Source: Eledone cirrhosa (lineage: Eukaryota). From it: a stretch of 64,000 nucleotides of DNA. Below, piece after piece: positions 24,515 through 37,364 of the stretch. Location: positions 97,030,001 through 97,094,000 of the forward strand of contig OZ024740.1 of assembly GCA_964016885.1 (NCBI GenBank), written 5' to 3'. How positions within the stretch are numbered: the stretch's first letter is position 1; every line of letters begins with the position of its first letter. The notes under the pieces were generated by a model. The model saw nothing but the letters and a program-made list of their open reading frames with translations. It ran no database searches and was not told the DNA's origin. Both the position numbers and the translations under genes were made by a program.

Positions 24515-24924
24515 ATACTTGGGGAGGGTCATATTTGCGTAATATTGCCAGAATTAATAACAGAACACACTCACTGTTTGGTTGGTTTTCGCTTCTCGCT
24601 GTCTTTTATATCTGCGATCTAACTTACTCGGTCCTCAATGTTGCCATTGACTGACCGACGGTCAAAAATAATACAGATACAATATAGACACAAACACATA
24701 TATATAGTTTACATAATTTACATAAATCTTTCGTTGCACATCTGCAACATCGTCAGTGGTGTTATATTCTTTGTTCCTCCTGTTGTGTTGTATGTCTACG
24801 CCATTTTTTATTCAGTCTGTCTATATATTTATTTTTTTATTAGCTTGTTTGTTTACCTTATTTTATTTTGTCTTCTTTGCGTATATCTGTTTCGACACAC
24901 GATTTCATATAAAAAACCTCGCTA

Positions 24925-24996
<72 letters not shown>

Positions 24997-26369
24997 AAAA
25001 AAGTCCGTAATTTACAATTGAGGATTCAGTTAATTATTTTAGGTGGTCATGTCGTCTTCAGCAAGCATGGATACACGTGAGATATAGTTATTCTGGACCT
25101 GCAGAACATCCAGTATCTGATACCAATAGACAGGAAAAGAGGTGTACTATCATTAGTCTAATAGTTTCTTTATCCACTCAAATTGATGAGAAGCAACGTA
25201 GACCGCTGCCGGATCTCAGCACAGGATGCACAGATCAAGAACGTATGCTAAAACGCATATTATCGAACGCGCAAATGATTCTACAAAAACCACTGCCTTC
25301 ACGGTAGAAAAAATGAAGATCAATGATAGCCTCTGCATGGCTGCTTGATATTCTAGAAAAACTCCCACCCACGGCCAAATAAATTTCCTTCAAACCATTT
25401 AGTAATATCTTTGAAAACGAAAAGATGAAGGATTCCTTAAAAGTTAAAGTGGTGGTGGTGGTGATGGTGATAGTTGTGGTAGTGGTCATATGCTTCATCG
25501 TTGCGGTGATGTCGGTGGTTATCGGGGTAAAAAGAAGGAAGAAGATTGTGTTAGGGGTGGCAGTAAGAATGACAGTGCTTGACACGGTGGTTGTGGCAAT
25601 GGAAATGATGATTATTTGTCTATGCAATTTGCACCTTTTTGTTTTTGCAGCAAAAGATTATGGTGATGAAAATCCCGTAGATATTTAATGGCTCAAAATA
25701 GATTCTACTTTGCACTGAAGAATTAATTAGTCGATAAAACAGTACCGGTAAATTATTGGAGACGGCAACTCAAAGCTGTATCGTGTACAATTATGGAGGG
25801 CAGTAGGCTAAATTGTATGCAACGATTGCTGGTGCTCGCATGCTAGGGCACCAGTTTCATGTCATCGAAAGAAGGGAACTAAGATTAAAACCCAATTCGC
25901 TATCTTCAATTCTGTGTTTGTGTCTACCCTTACAGATAAACATGAATCTTGTGTAAGGCTCGAAAATATACAATGGTGAATGGGGTTCCTCCGAATGGTC
26001 TTTGACGTAACCTTATTTGGCAGGGTGCAAAATTGAGAGATTGGGGATTCGTTTCAGGTAGAGCCCCAACTTTTCAATATCCTGAGTCTAAAGCTCCGTT
26101 AAAACAGAAATATCGTTAGAAAGTTTAAGAAATGAATTACTAGACAGATTTACAGACATTATCAACAGACATGGAGATCCAGAAACAGAAGCAAGACAGA
26201 TAGTTGGATAACATCAATACGATCAGTGCGTGTTAGTCGTATAACATGAAGACGGTTTCATCTTTTAGGACCTTCTGGAAGGTTCATCTGAGGAATCAGC
26301 CCTAATCTCACTCCAATGGAATATGTGGGCAAAGAAAATGAATTGGAGAAAAGAAATATATATATATAG

Positions 26370-26615
26370 TCAGCTCGAGAGTAGCACAGAGGTGACAGAA
26401 GTTAGCTGAACATGCTCACCGACATCCAGAGTTGACACTGCACTCAATGCTCCTGTGGGAGCCACTGCATGGACACACTAGAAGAGAGCGACCGAGCTTC
26501 GCATATGTTGATGCCCTAAGGACAGACACTGGACTTTGGAGACGCAGGACATGGCAGCGATGACGAACTACAGAGACGGCTGTAGAGAACTCGTCCATGT
26601 ATCTCGGGAATTGTA
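26370..26615 (+). mobile_element. RTE-clade LINE 3' fragment
   Basis: Translates as R*QKLAEHAHRHPELTLHSMLLWEPLHGHTRRERPSFAYVDALRTDTGL, then after a frameshift DMAAMTNYRDGCRELV. This is the typical RTE C-terminal (AGH..R.....LLW.P.HG.R.RGRP...Y.D) pattern. Confidence 0.7.
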
Positions 26616-26810
26616 GCCACCCTATATTCATATATATGTACGTCAATACTCATCTTTTTCCATTTCTCCGAGGGCTCTTAACCCCACTATCAGGCTAAAT
26701 AATTTCTTTAATTTCTTTAGTCAAAATACGGCGTAAGCTTACATTTATAATAATTTCAAACCCATTCGCTCTTTCGAAAATATTCTTAATTGATATATAT
26801 ATATATATAT

Positions 26811-29800
26811 ATATAGACATAGAATATTCGAAAATATTCTGTATGTTTATAATAAACATTTTGAAGACCTAATCGCTATAGAATAGAATACGTCACGTAT
26901 TACAATTAGATTCTCGATAAAAGCAAGGGAAGTAATCTACGCGTTTCATTCTCGTTAGAAATCATCAGGACTACATATCCAGTGCTTTTATCGAGAATGA
27001 CACAGCTAGAGACTTATAGAATACTTAGCTGTGTACAGGAACTGGTTTGAAAGAGCGGTTGCCGGTCCGGCAGAAATTAGAAATTGGAATAAATGCTCTG
27101 AAATAGCGATATATATGTGAATATAGACATAGAATATTCGAAAATATTCTGTATGTTTATAATAAACATTTTGAAGACCTAATCGCTATAGAATAGAATA
27201 CGTCACGTATTACAATTAGATTCTCGATAAAAGCAAGGGAAGTAATCTACGCGTTTCATTCTCGTTAGAAATCATCAGGACTACATATCCAGTGCTTTTA
27301 TCGAGAATGACACAGCTAGAGACTTATAGAATACTTAGCTGTGTACAGGAACTGGTTTGAAAGAGCGGTTGCCGGTCCGGCAGAAATTAGAAATTGGAAT
27401 AAATGCTCTGAAATAGCGATATATATGTGAATATAGACATAGAATATTCGAAAATATTCTGTATGTTTATAATAAACATTTTGAAGACCTAATCGCTATA
27501 GAATAGAATACGTCACGTATTACAATTAGATTCTCGATAAAAGCAAGGGAAGTAATCTACGCGTTTCATTCTCGTTAGAAATCATCAGGACTACATATCC
27601 AGTGCTTTTATCGAGAATGACACAGCTAGAGACTTATAGAATACTTAGCTGTGTACAGGAACTGGTTTGAAAGAGCGGTTGCCGGTCCGGCAGAAATTAG
27701 AAATTGGAATAAATGCTCTGAAATAGCGATATATATGTGAATATAGACATAGAATATTCGAAAATATTCTGTATGTTTATAATAAACATTTTGAAGACCT
27801 AATCGCTATAGAATAGAATACGTCACGTATTACAATTAGATTCTCGATAAAAGCAAGGGAAGTAATCTACGCGTTTCATTCTCGTTAGAAATCATCAGGA
27901 CTACATATCCAGTGCTTTTATCGAGAATGACACAGCTAGAGACTTATAGAATACTTAGCTGTGTACAGGAACTGGTTTGAAAGAGCGGTTGCCGGTCCGG
28001 CAGAAATTAGAAATTCTATGTCTATATTCTATGTCTATATTCACATATATATCGCTATTTCAGAGCATTTATTCCAATTTCTAATTTCTGCCGGACCGGC
28101 AACCGCTCTTTCAAACCAGTTCCTGTACACAGCTAAGTATTCTATAAGTCTCTAGCTGTGTCATTCTCGATAAAAGCACTGGATATGTAGTCCTGATGAT
28201 TTCTAACGAGAATGAAACGCGTAGATTACTTCCCTTGCTTTTATCGAGAATCTAATTGTAATACGTGACGTATTCTATTCTATAGCGATTAGGTCTTCAA
28301 AATGTTTATTATAAACATACAGAATATTTTCGAATATTCTATGTCTATATTCACATATATATCGCTATTTCAGAGCATTTATTCCAATTTCTAATTTCTG
28401 CCGGACCGGCAACCGCTCTTTCAAACCAGTTCCTGTACACAGCTAAGTATTCTATAAGTCTCTAGCTGTGTCATTCTCGATAAAAGCACTGGATATGTAG
28501 TCCTGATGATTTCTAACGAGAATGAAACGCGTAGATTACTTCCCTTGCTTTTATCGAGAATCTAATTGTAATACGTGACGTATTCTATTCTATAGCGATT
28601 AGGTCTTCAAAATGTTTATTATAAACATACAGAATATTTTCGAATATTCTATGTCTATATTCACATATATATCGCTATTTCAGAGCATTTATTCCAATTT
28701 CTAATTTCTGCCGGACCGGCAACCGCTCTTTCAAACCAGTTCCTGTACACAGCTAAGTATTCTATAAGTCTCTAGCTGTGTCATTCTCGATAAAAGCACT
28801 GGATATGTAGTCCTGATGATTTCTAACGAGAATGAAACGCGTAGATTACTTCCCTTGCTTTTATCGAGAATCTAATTGTAATACGTGACGTATTCTATTC
28901 TATAGCGATTAGGTCTTCAAAATGTTTATTATAAACATACAGAATATTTTCGAATATTCTATGTCTATATTCACATATATATCGCTATTTCAGAGCATTT
29001 ATTCCAATTTCTAATTTCTGCCGGACCGGCAACCGCTCTTTCAAACCAGTTCCTGTACACAGCTAAGTATTCTATAAGTCTCTAGCTGTGTCATTCTCGA
29101 TAAAAGCACTGGATATGTAGTCCTGATGATTTCTAACGAGAATGAAACGCGTAGATTACTTCCCTTGCTTTTATCGAGAATCTAATTGTAATACGTGACG
29201 TATTCTATTCTATAGCGATTAGGTCTTCAAAATGTTTATTATAAACATACAGAATATTTTCGAATATTCTATGTCTATATTCACATATATATCGCTATTT
29301 CAGAGCATTTATTCCAATTTCTAATTTCTGCCGGACCGGCAACCGCTCTTTCAAACCAGTTCCTGTACACAGCTAAGTATTCTATAAGTCTCTAGCTGTG
29401 TCATTCTCGATAAAAGCACTGGATATGTAGTCCTGATGATTTCTAACGAGAATGAAACGCGTAGATTACTTCCCTTGCTTTTATCGAGAATCTAATTGTA
29501 ATACGTGACGTATTCTATTCTATAGCGATTAGGTCTTCAAAATGTTTATTATAAACATACAGAATATTTTCGAATATTCTATGTCTATATTCACATATAT
29601 ATCGCTATTTCAGAGCATTTATTCCAATTTCTAATTTCTGCCGGACCGGCAACCGCTCTTTCAAACCAGTTCCTGTACACAGCTAAGTATTCTATAAGTC
29701 TCTAGCTGTGTCATTCTCGATAAAAGCACTGGATATGTAGTCCTGATGATTTCTAACGAGAATGAAACGCGTAGATTACTTCCCTTGCTTTTATCGAGAA

Positions 29801-32726
29801 TCTAATTGTAATACGTGACGTATTCTATTCTATAGCGATTAGGTCTTCAAAATGTTTATTATAAACATACAGAATATTTTCGAATATTCTATGTCTATAT
29901 TCACATATATATCGCTATTTCAGAGCATTTATTCCAATTTCTAATTTCTGCCGGACCGGCAACCGCTCTTTCAAACCAGTTCCTGTACACAGCTAAGTAT
30001 TCTATAAGTCTCTAGCTGTGTCATTCTCGATAAAAGCACTGGATATGTAGTCCTGATGATTTCTAACGAGAATGAAACGCGTAGATTACTTCCCTTGCTT
30101 TTATCGAGAATCTAATTGTAATACGTGACGTATTCTATTCTATAGCGATTAGGTCTTCAAAATGTTTATTATAAACATACAGAATATTTTCGAATATTCT
30201 ATGTCTATATTCACATATATATCGCTATTTCAGAGCATTTATTCCAATTTCTAATTTCTGCCGGACCGGCAACCGCTCTTTCAAACCAGTTCCTGTACAC
30301 AGCTAAGTATTCTATAAGTCTCTAGCTGTGTCATTCTCGATAAAAGCACTGGATATGTAGTCCTGATGATTTCTAACGAGAATGAAACGCGTAGATTACT
30401 TCCCTTGCTTTTATCGAGAATCTAATTGTAATACGTGACGTATTCTATTCTATAGCGATTAGGTCTTCAAAATGTTTATTATAAACATACAGAATATTTT
30501 CGAATATTCTATGTCTATATTCACATATATATCGCTATTTCAGAGCATTTATTCCAATTTCTAATTTCTGCCGGACCGGCAACCGCTCTTCCAAACCAGT
30601 TCCTGTACACAGCTAAGTATTCTATAAGTCTCTAGCTGTGTCATTCTCGATAAAAGCACTGGATATGTAGTCCTGATGATTTCTAACGAGAATGAAACGC
30701 GTAGATTACTTCCCTTGCTTTTATCGAGAATCTAATTGTAATACGTGACGTATTCTATTCTATAGCGATTAGGTCTTCAAAATGTTTATTATAAACATAC
30801 AGAATATTTTCGAATATTCTATGTCTATATTCACATATATATCGCTATTTCAGAGCATTTATTCCAATTTCTAATTTCTGCCGGACCGGCAACCGCTCTT
30901 TCAAACCAGTTCCTGTACACAGCTAAGTATTCTATAAGTCTCTAGCTGTGTCATTCTCGATAAAAGCACTGGATATGTAGTCCTGATGATTTCTAACGAG
31001 AATGAAACGCGTAGATTACTTCCCTTGCTTTTATCGAGAATCTAATTGTAATACGTGACGTATTCTATTCTATAGCGATTAGGTCTTCAAAATGTTTATT
31101 ATAAACATACAGAATATTTTCGAATATTCTATGTCTATATTCACATATATATCGCTATTTCAGAGCATTTATTCCAATTTCTAATTTCTGCCGGACCGGC
31201 AACCGCTCTTTCAAACCAGTTCCTGTACACAGCTAAGTATTCTATAAGTCTCTAGCTGTGTCATTCTCGATAAAAGCACTGGATATGTAGTCCTGATGAT
31301 TTCTAACGAGAATGAAACGCGTAGATTACTTCCCTTGCTTTTATCGAGAATCTAATTGTAATACGTGACGTATTCTATTCTATAGCGATTAGGTCTTCAA
31401 AATGTTTATTATAAACATACAGAATATTTTCGAATATTCTATGTCTATATTCACATATATATCGCTATTTCAGAGCATTTATTCCAATTTCTAATTTCTG
31501 CCGGACCGGCAACCGCTCTTTCAAACCAGTTCCTGTACACAGCTAAGTATTCTATAAGTCTCTAGCTGTGTCATTCTCGATAAAAGCACTGGATATGTAG
31601 TCCTGATGATTTCTAACGAGAATGAAACGCGTAGATTACTTCCCTTGCTTTTATCGAGAATCTAATTGTAATACGTGACGTATTCTATTCTATAGCGATT
31701 AGGTCTTCAAAATGTTTATTATAAACATACAGAATATTTTCGAATATTCTATGTCTATATTCACATATATATCGCTATTTCAGAGCATTTATTCCAATTT
31801 CTAATTTCTGCCGGACCGGCAACCGCTCTTTCAAACCAGTTCCTGTACACAGCTAAGTATTCTATAAGTCTCTAGCTGTGTCATTCTCGATAAAAGCACT
31901 GGATATGTAGTCCTGATGATTTCTAACGAGAATGAAACGCGTAGATTACTTCCCTTGCTTTTATCGAGAATCTAATTGTAATACGTGACGTATTCTATTC
32001 TATAGCGATTAGGTCTTCAAAATGTTTATTATAAACATACAGAATATTTTCGAATATTCTATGTCTATATTCACATATATATCGCTATTTCAGAGCATTT
32101 ATTCCAATTTCTAATTTCTGCCGGACCGGCAACCGCTCTTTCAAACCAGTTCCTGTACACAGCTAAGTATTCTATAAGTCTCTAGCTGTGTCATTCTCGA
32201 TAAAAGCACTGGATATGTAGTCCTGATGATTTCTAACGAGAATGAAACGCGTAGATTACTTCCCTTGCTTTTATCGAGAATCTAATTGTAATACGTGACG
32301 TATTCTATTCTATAGCGATTAGGTCTTCAAAATGTTTATTATAAACATACAGAATATTTTCGAATATTCTATGTCTATATTCACATATATATCGCTATTT
32401 CAGAGCATTTATTCCAATTTCTAATTTCTGCCGGACCGGCAACCGCTCTTTCAAACCAGTTCCTGTACACAGCTAAGTATTCTATAAGTCTCTAGCTGTG
32501 TCATTCTCGATAAAAGCACTGGATATGTAGTCCTGATGATTTCTAACGAGAATGAAACGCGTAGATTACTTCCCTTGCTTTTATCGAGAATCTAATTGTA
32601 ATACGTGACGTATTCTATTCTATAGCGATTAGGTCTTCAAAATGTTTATTATAAACATACAGAATATTTTCGAATATTCTATGTCTATATTCACATATAT
32701 ATCGCTATTTCAGAGCATTTATTCCA

Positions 32727-32733
<7 letters not shown>
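26811..32733. repeat. Near-invariant 310-bp HHR tandem array: ~3.9 units on minus (26811-28015) joined to ~15.2 units on plus (28024-32733)
   Basis: Exact 310-bp period with only one substitution noticed (t>c at 30591). Orientation switch at ~28013-28024. (TA)n on both flanks. Confidence 0.97.
28187..28229 (+). ncRNA. Type I hammerhead ribozyme of the 310-bp unit (representative of 15 plus and 4 minus copies)
   Basis: gtagtc CTGATGA t ttct aacg agaa t GAAAC gc GTA gattac. Stem III is the palindrome ACGCGU. Stem I is extended by attctcgataaaagca/tgcttttatcgagaat (28163-28251). Confidence 0.9.
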
Positions 32734-32763
<30 letters not shown>

Positions 32764-32990
32764 TTTCATTTACCAGTGGTTCCTTGAAAGCAAACAAAAT
32801 TTGCTTTCAATCATCAGAATGAAAAAATCCTGGAGTATTTATTGACAGTGGATTTTAAAAACAAAAATATAATCTATATAAAATTGAGGCTGGAAAAGGA
32901 AGAAGGAAAGGAAAAAGAATAAGTATAAAAGTAGATAAGCACACATGCATACACACACACACACGCACACACACATATACATAAACACAC

Positions 32991-33022
<32 letters not shown>

Positions 33023-33032
<10 letters not shown>

Positions 33033-34891
33033 CGTAAAATAAGAAAATTATAAAATTAACTTACTTACTAAAATATCACTTCCAACTAATTAGTTTCTGA
33101 AATGGAATAAATATACTTTCCGAAGAAAGCATAGAGAATCATTTCGTCGTCAGGGAAGACTATTCTCAGTTAAGTATCCAGGCAAAGCGTGGATTCTGGA
33201 AACTTATTCAAAAATAATACAGTGGATAGAAAATAGCAAAGCCTGGACTGAATTCCTAGCCATTGAGAAAATCACTGCCTCTCCGTCGGTGGCAAATTCA
33301 AAAAGAATCAATCACGTGACATCGAGATCAATCAGTGGAAAGTGGTTTGCTAATAAGAGAGCGGCCTGCTTGCTACCATAGCAGCAGTCTTGGCCAATAT
33401 TGCTCGACAAATAATTTGGAGATAATTATAAAGAATTAATATTTAGTAACATATATATACATACAGATGCATATCAATGCTAGCAAATATATAGGTTTTG
33501 TCATAGTAACTTTGTGGTTCAATGCATGGGGTTGCAGAACAATAATATGAGAGACGTAAAATAAGAAAATTATAAAATTAACTTACTTACTAAAATATCA
33601 CTTCCAACTAATTAGTTTCTGAAATGGAATAAATATACTTTCCGAAGAAAGCAAAGAGAATCATTTCGTTGTCAGGGAAGACTATTCTCAGTTAAGTATC
33701 CAGGCAAAGCGTGGACTCTACGTCTCTCATATTATTGTTCTGCAACACCATGCATTGAACCACAAAGTTACTAAAACAAAACCTATATATTTGCTAGCAT
33801 TGATATGCATCTGTATGTATATATATGTTACTAAATATTAATTCTTTATAATTATCTCCAAATTATTTGTTAAGCAATATTGGCCAAGACTGTTGCTATG
33901 GTATCAGGCAGGCCGCTGTCTTATTAGCAAACCACTTTCCACTGATTGACCTCGATGTCACGTGATTGATTCTTTTTGAATTTGCCACCGACGCAGAGGC
34001 AGTGATTTTCTCAATGGCTAGAAATTCAGTCCACGCTTTGCTTTTTTCTATCCACTGTATTATTTTTGAATAAGTTTCCAGAGTCCACGCTTTGCCTGGA
34101 TACTTAACTGAGAATAGTCTTCCCTGACAACGAAATGATTCTCTATGCTTTCTTCGGAAAGTGTATTTATTCCATTTCAGAAACTAATTAGTTGGAAGTG
34201 ATATTTTAGTAAGTAAGTTAATTTTATAATTTTCTTATTTTATGTCTCTCATATTATTGTTCTGCAACCCCATGCATTGAACCACAAAGTTACTAAGACA
34301 AAACCTATATATTTGCTAGCATTGATATGCATCTGTATGTATATATATGTTACTAAATATTAATTCTTTATAATTATCTCCAAATTATTTGTCGAGCAAT
34401 ATTGGCCAAGACTGCTGCTATGGTAGCAGGCAGGCCGCTGTCTTATTAGCAAACCACTTTCCACTGATTGACCTCGATGTCACGTGATTGATTCTTTTTG
34501 AATTTGCCACCGACGCAGAGGCAGTGATTTTCTCAATGGCTAGGAATTCAGTCCACGCTTTGCTATTTTCTATCCACTGTATTATTTTTGAATAATTTTC
34601 CAGGATCCACGCTTTGCCTGGATACTTAACTGAGAATAGTCTTCCCTGACGACGAAATGATTCTCTATGCTTTCTTCGGAAAGTATATTTATTCCATTCC
34701 AGAAACTAATTAGTTGGAAGTGATATTTTAGTAAGTAAGTTAATTTTATAATTTTCTTATTTTACGTCTCTCATATTATTGTTCTGCAACCCCCCATGCA
34801 TTGAACCAGAAAGTTACTAAGACAAAACCTATATATTTGCTAGCATTGATATGCATCTGTATGTATATATATATGTTACTAAATATTAATT
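33023..34891. repeat. 522-bp HHR tandem array: ~1.3 units on minus (33023-33718) joined to ~2.25 units on plus (33719-34891)
   Basis: Period 522 (tctctcatatt at 33723, 34245, 34767). Orientation switch at 33718/33719. AT microsatellite flanks. Confidence 0.93.
33079..33158 (-). ncRNA. Type I hammerhead ribozyme with extended stem II (522-bp unit; also 34641-34720 on plus)
   Basis: cttcc CTGACGA c gaaatg..atgctttc TTCG gaaagtat..catttc a GAAAC taatta GTT ggaag. Stem III is the palindrome ACUAAUUAGU. Copies at 33601-33680 and 34119-34198 have CTGACAA. Confidence 0.75.
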
Positions 34892-34967
34892 ATTTATATA
34901 TATATATATCAATATATATATATATTTATATATATATTCATATATATCTATATATCTATAATAGATG

Positions 34968-35039
<72 letters not shown>

Positions 35040-35148
35040 AATGAATAATAACAGGTAGACATCATATTTGCAGAACTCAAATATCCAATGCTGTGACTAC
35101 TGTATCCTCAGAGCAGAATGGTAAAATGTACAATGGGTAATCCTATAC

Positions 35149-35206
<58 letters not shown>

Positions 35207-36938
35207 CTTAAAACAATTAACAAAAAAGAGAATAAGACAACGAACGAAGACAAAACAAAACGAAAGCATTTTTTAAGGGGAGATCTTAAAAAAAATTAAG
35301 AAAAATAAAAATACAAACAAAGGGCACAGAACTCCATGGTCATCGGCTGTTCGGATGGAATTTGGCAGTTTCGACATCTACCAACGGCACTGCTGGTCCA
35401 GCCGGGCTCAAAGCTACTGACATTAACCGAATTTGTGTATTTGTATATAAAGCGATATACGGTATGTTTATAAATAAATATTAGAAAGATGTAACTATGA
35501 ATTTTTGAAGCTGATATCTAGCGCTATCAGGTGGATTCCATCAAAAGTACGCGCAGGTACTCTGCAGCCAGTGATCTGTTTCTGACTAATGGTCATTATC
35601 ACGACAGTGTTCTCTCTCCCCGCTCTCTTCTGGAATCCAACGTAGGCAAAATCATATAGTTTAATGCCTATGTACATAGGCTAATAAGCCTCATTTGTAT
35701 ATATAGTGTTCTGCCGGTTCGGCCTGAAAATAAAATAAAATTCGCCCGGACATAGCTGTTTACAGATAAGTATGTGTAATTTGTCTATCTTGTTAACGAC
35801 CATAAGTTTGTGAATTGAAAAATAAATAATTCAGCTCAATTCAATAGATTGAGATGTTTTTGCGGTCAGATATTTTGATCAGGCTTCTTATGCTTAGGTT
35901 GCTTGAGAATGTATATATCTCTAGAGAACGAACGATACGTTATTGACCCGTCAGTGATATGTATGAGATGTTCTATATATATTTTTACTTCTCTGAATAA
36001 GATATCTTAACGATCTATTTTCATTGAGATGTTATGTATATTCGTGACGAATTTTAATTATTTATAATTAATAATACTGCTCCTAATAAATGCTATTAAA
36101 ACCCGTATTGATTGCTATTTCTAGCGACATTTTAGGCCTGTACTTTTTTCCGTTCATACAAACATATACTTGTTTATTGGTTCACACATGCGTGCGTTAA
36201 TATTATTATTTAATTTGATCGTACCATATTGGATGGATGAGGAATACAATCTCTCTTAATAGGTATCTATTCTTATACTAAACAGAAACCCTCCGAAGAG
36301 GAATATGGTTCAAGTAATGATGACCATATCGATCTATTTATATGGTTTCATTTATTCTGCGATTCAGAATCTGCACGAAGAGTGGAAGAATTTGATCTGA
36401 TAATGATGACCATCTCAATCTATTGCATTGGTCTGACTAATTTAGTTTTCCATTCAAAGATTGTTTTTACGGTCAGCGATTCTGTTCAGGCTTACTATGT
36501 TTAAGTTGCTTGAGGTTGTATATACAACTAGGGGACGAAATTTTTTCGACCCGTTAATGATATGTATGAGATATTCTGCATGTATTATTACTCCTCTGAA
36601 AACGATATTTAAACGAGCTATTTTCATTGAGATGTTATGTATATTCGTGACATATTATGATTATGTATAATGAATGTATATATAAAGGGGGGTTTATTCT
36701 AATCTCGAAATACACAGAGCACAGTCAACTGTGGCATATTCTGTTGTTGAAAGTATAACACTTCTCTCAACCAACAGCCGTTGCACTGGTACACTATTAG
36801 CCACTAAGAAAGAGTGAAACACAAATTTGACCTCAGCAGAACTTGAACTCAGAGAGCAGATTTGTAAGATATATCAACGCCATAATCATATATATCAAAG
36901 AAAAATAGAATCTGTGTTGCGACGAATGGAATTTATTG

Positions 36939-37033
36939 GACACATTACAATCGTTTCTATGGCCACCAGCTCGAGGCACGATCGATGTGTGATCGAACCT
37001 GACTCTGAAAATCGCAAGGTCCTCAGATACGTC
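36939..37033 (-). ncRNA. Degenerate long-stem-II hammerhead motif (solo pLTR remnant)
   Basis: Minus strand reads gacgtat CTGAGGA ... GAAAC gatt GTA atgtgtc, followed by AATAAA. The base of stem II pairs poorly. Confidence 0.5.
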
Positions 37034-37057
37034 TTGAGTCTACGAAGCATATTTTCC

Positions 37058-37125
<68 letters not shown>

Positions 37126-37364
37126 ATATATACTATTTATAGTTATGTATATAGTATAAACAACCATAAACAGCAAGGTCAGTAATATCTTAATTACCTT
37201 ATTACCAGTAAGAGAAATAGCTCAATGTATGAACATCGGTTGTTTTACAGAGCAGTTAAATAATAAATTATACAATTATTAAAGTTGTGTTCAAATCATC
37301 TAATAGCTGACAATCGTTGCTTCCAAACTATCGTTTGGAGTCATCGGAGCATTATCAATGTTTG

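Noticed and set aside
26811-32733. CRISPR array or rDNA/snRNA gene cluster
   Set aside because: No unique spacers, eukaryotic context, and no similarity I can recognise to 5S, tRNA or U snRNAs.
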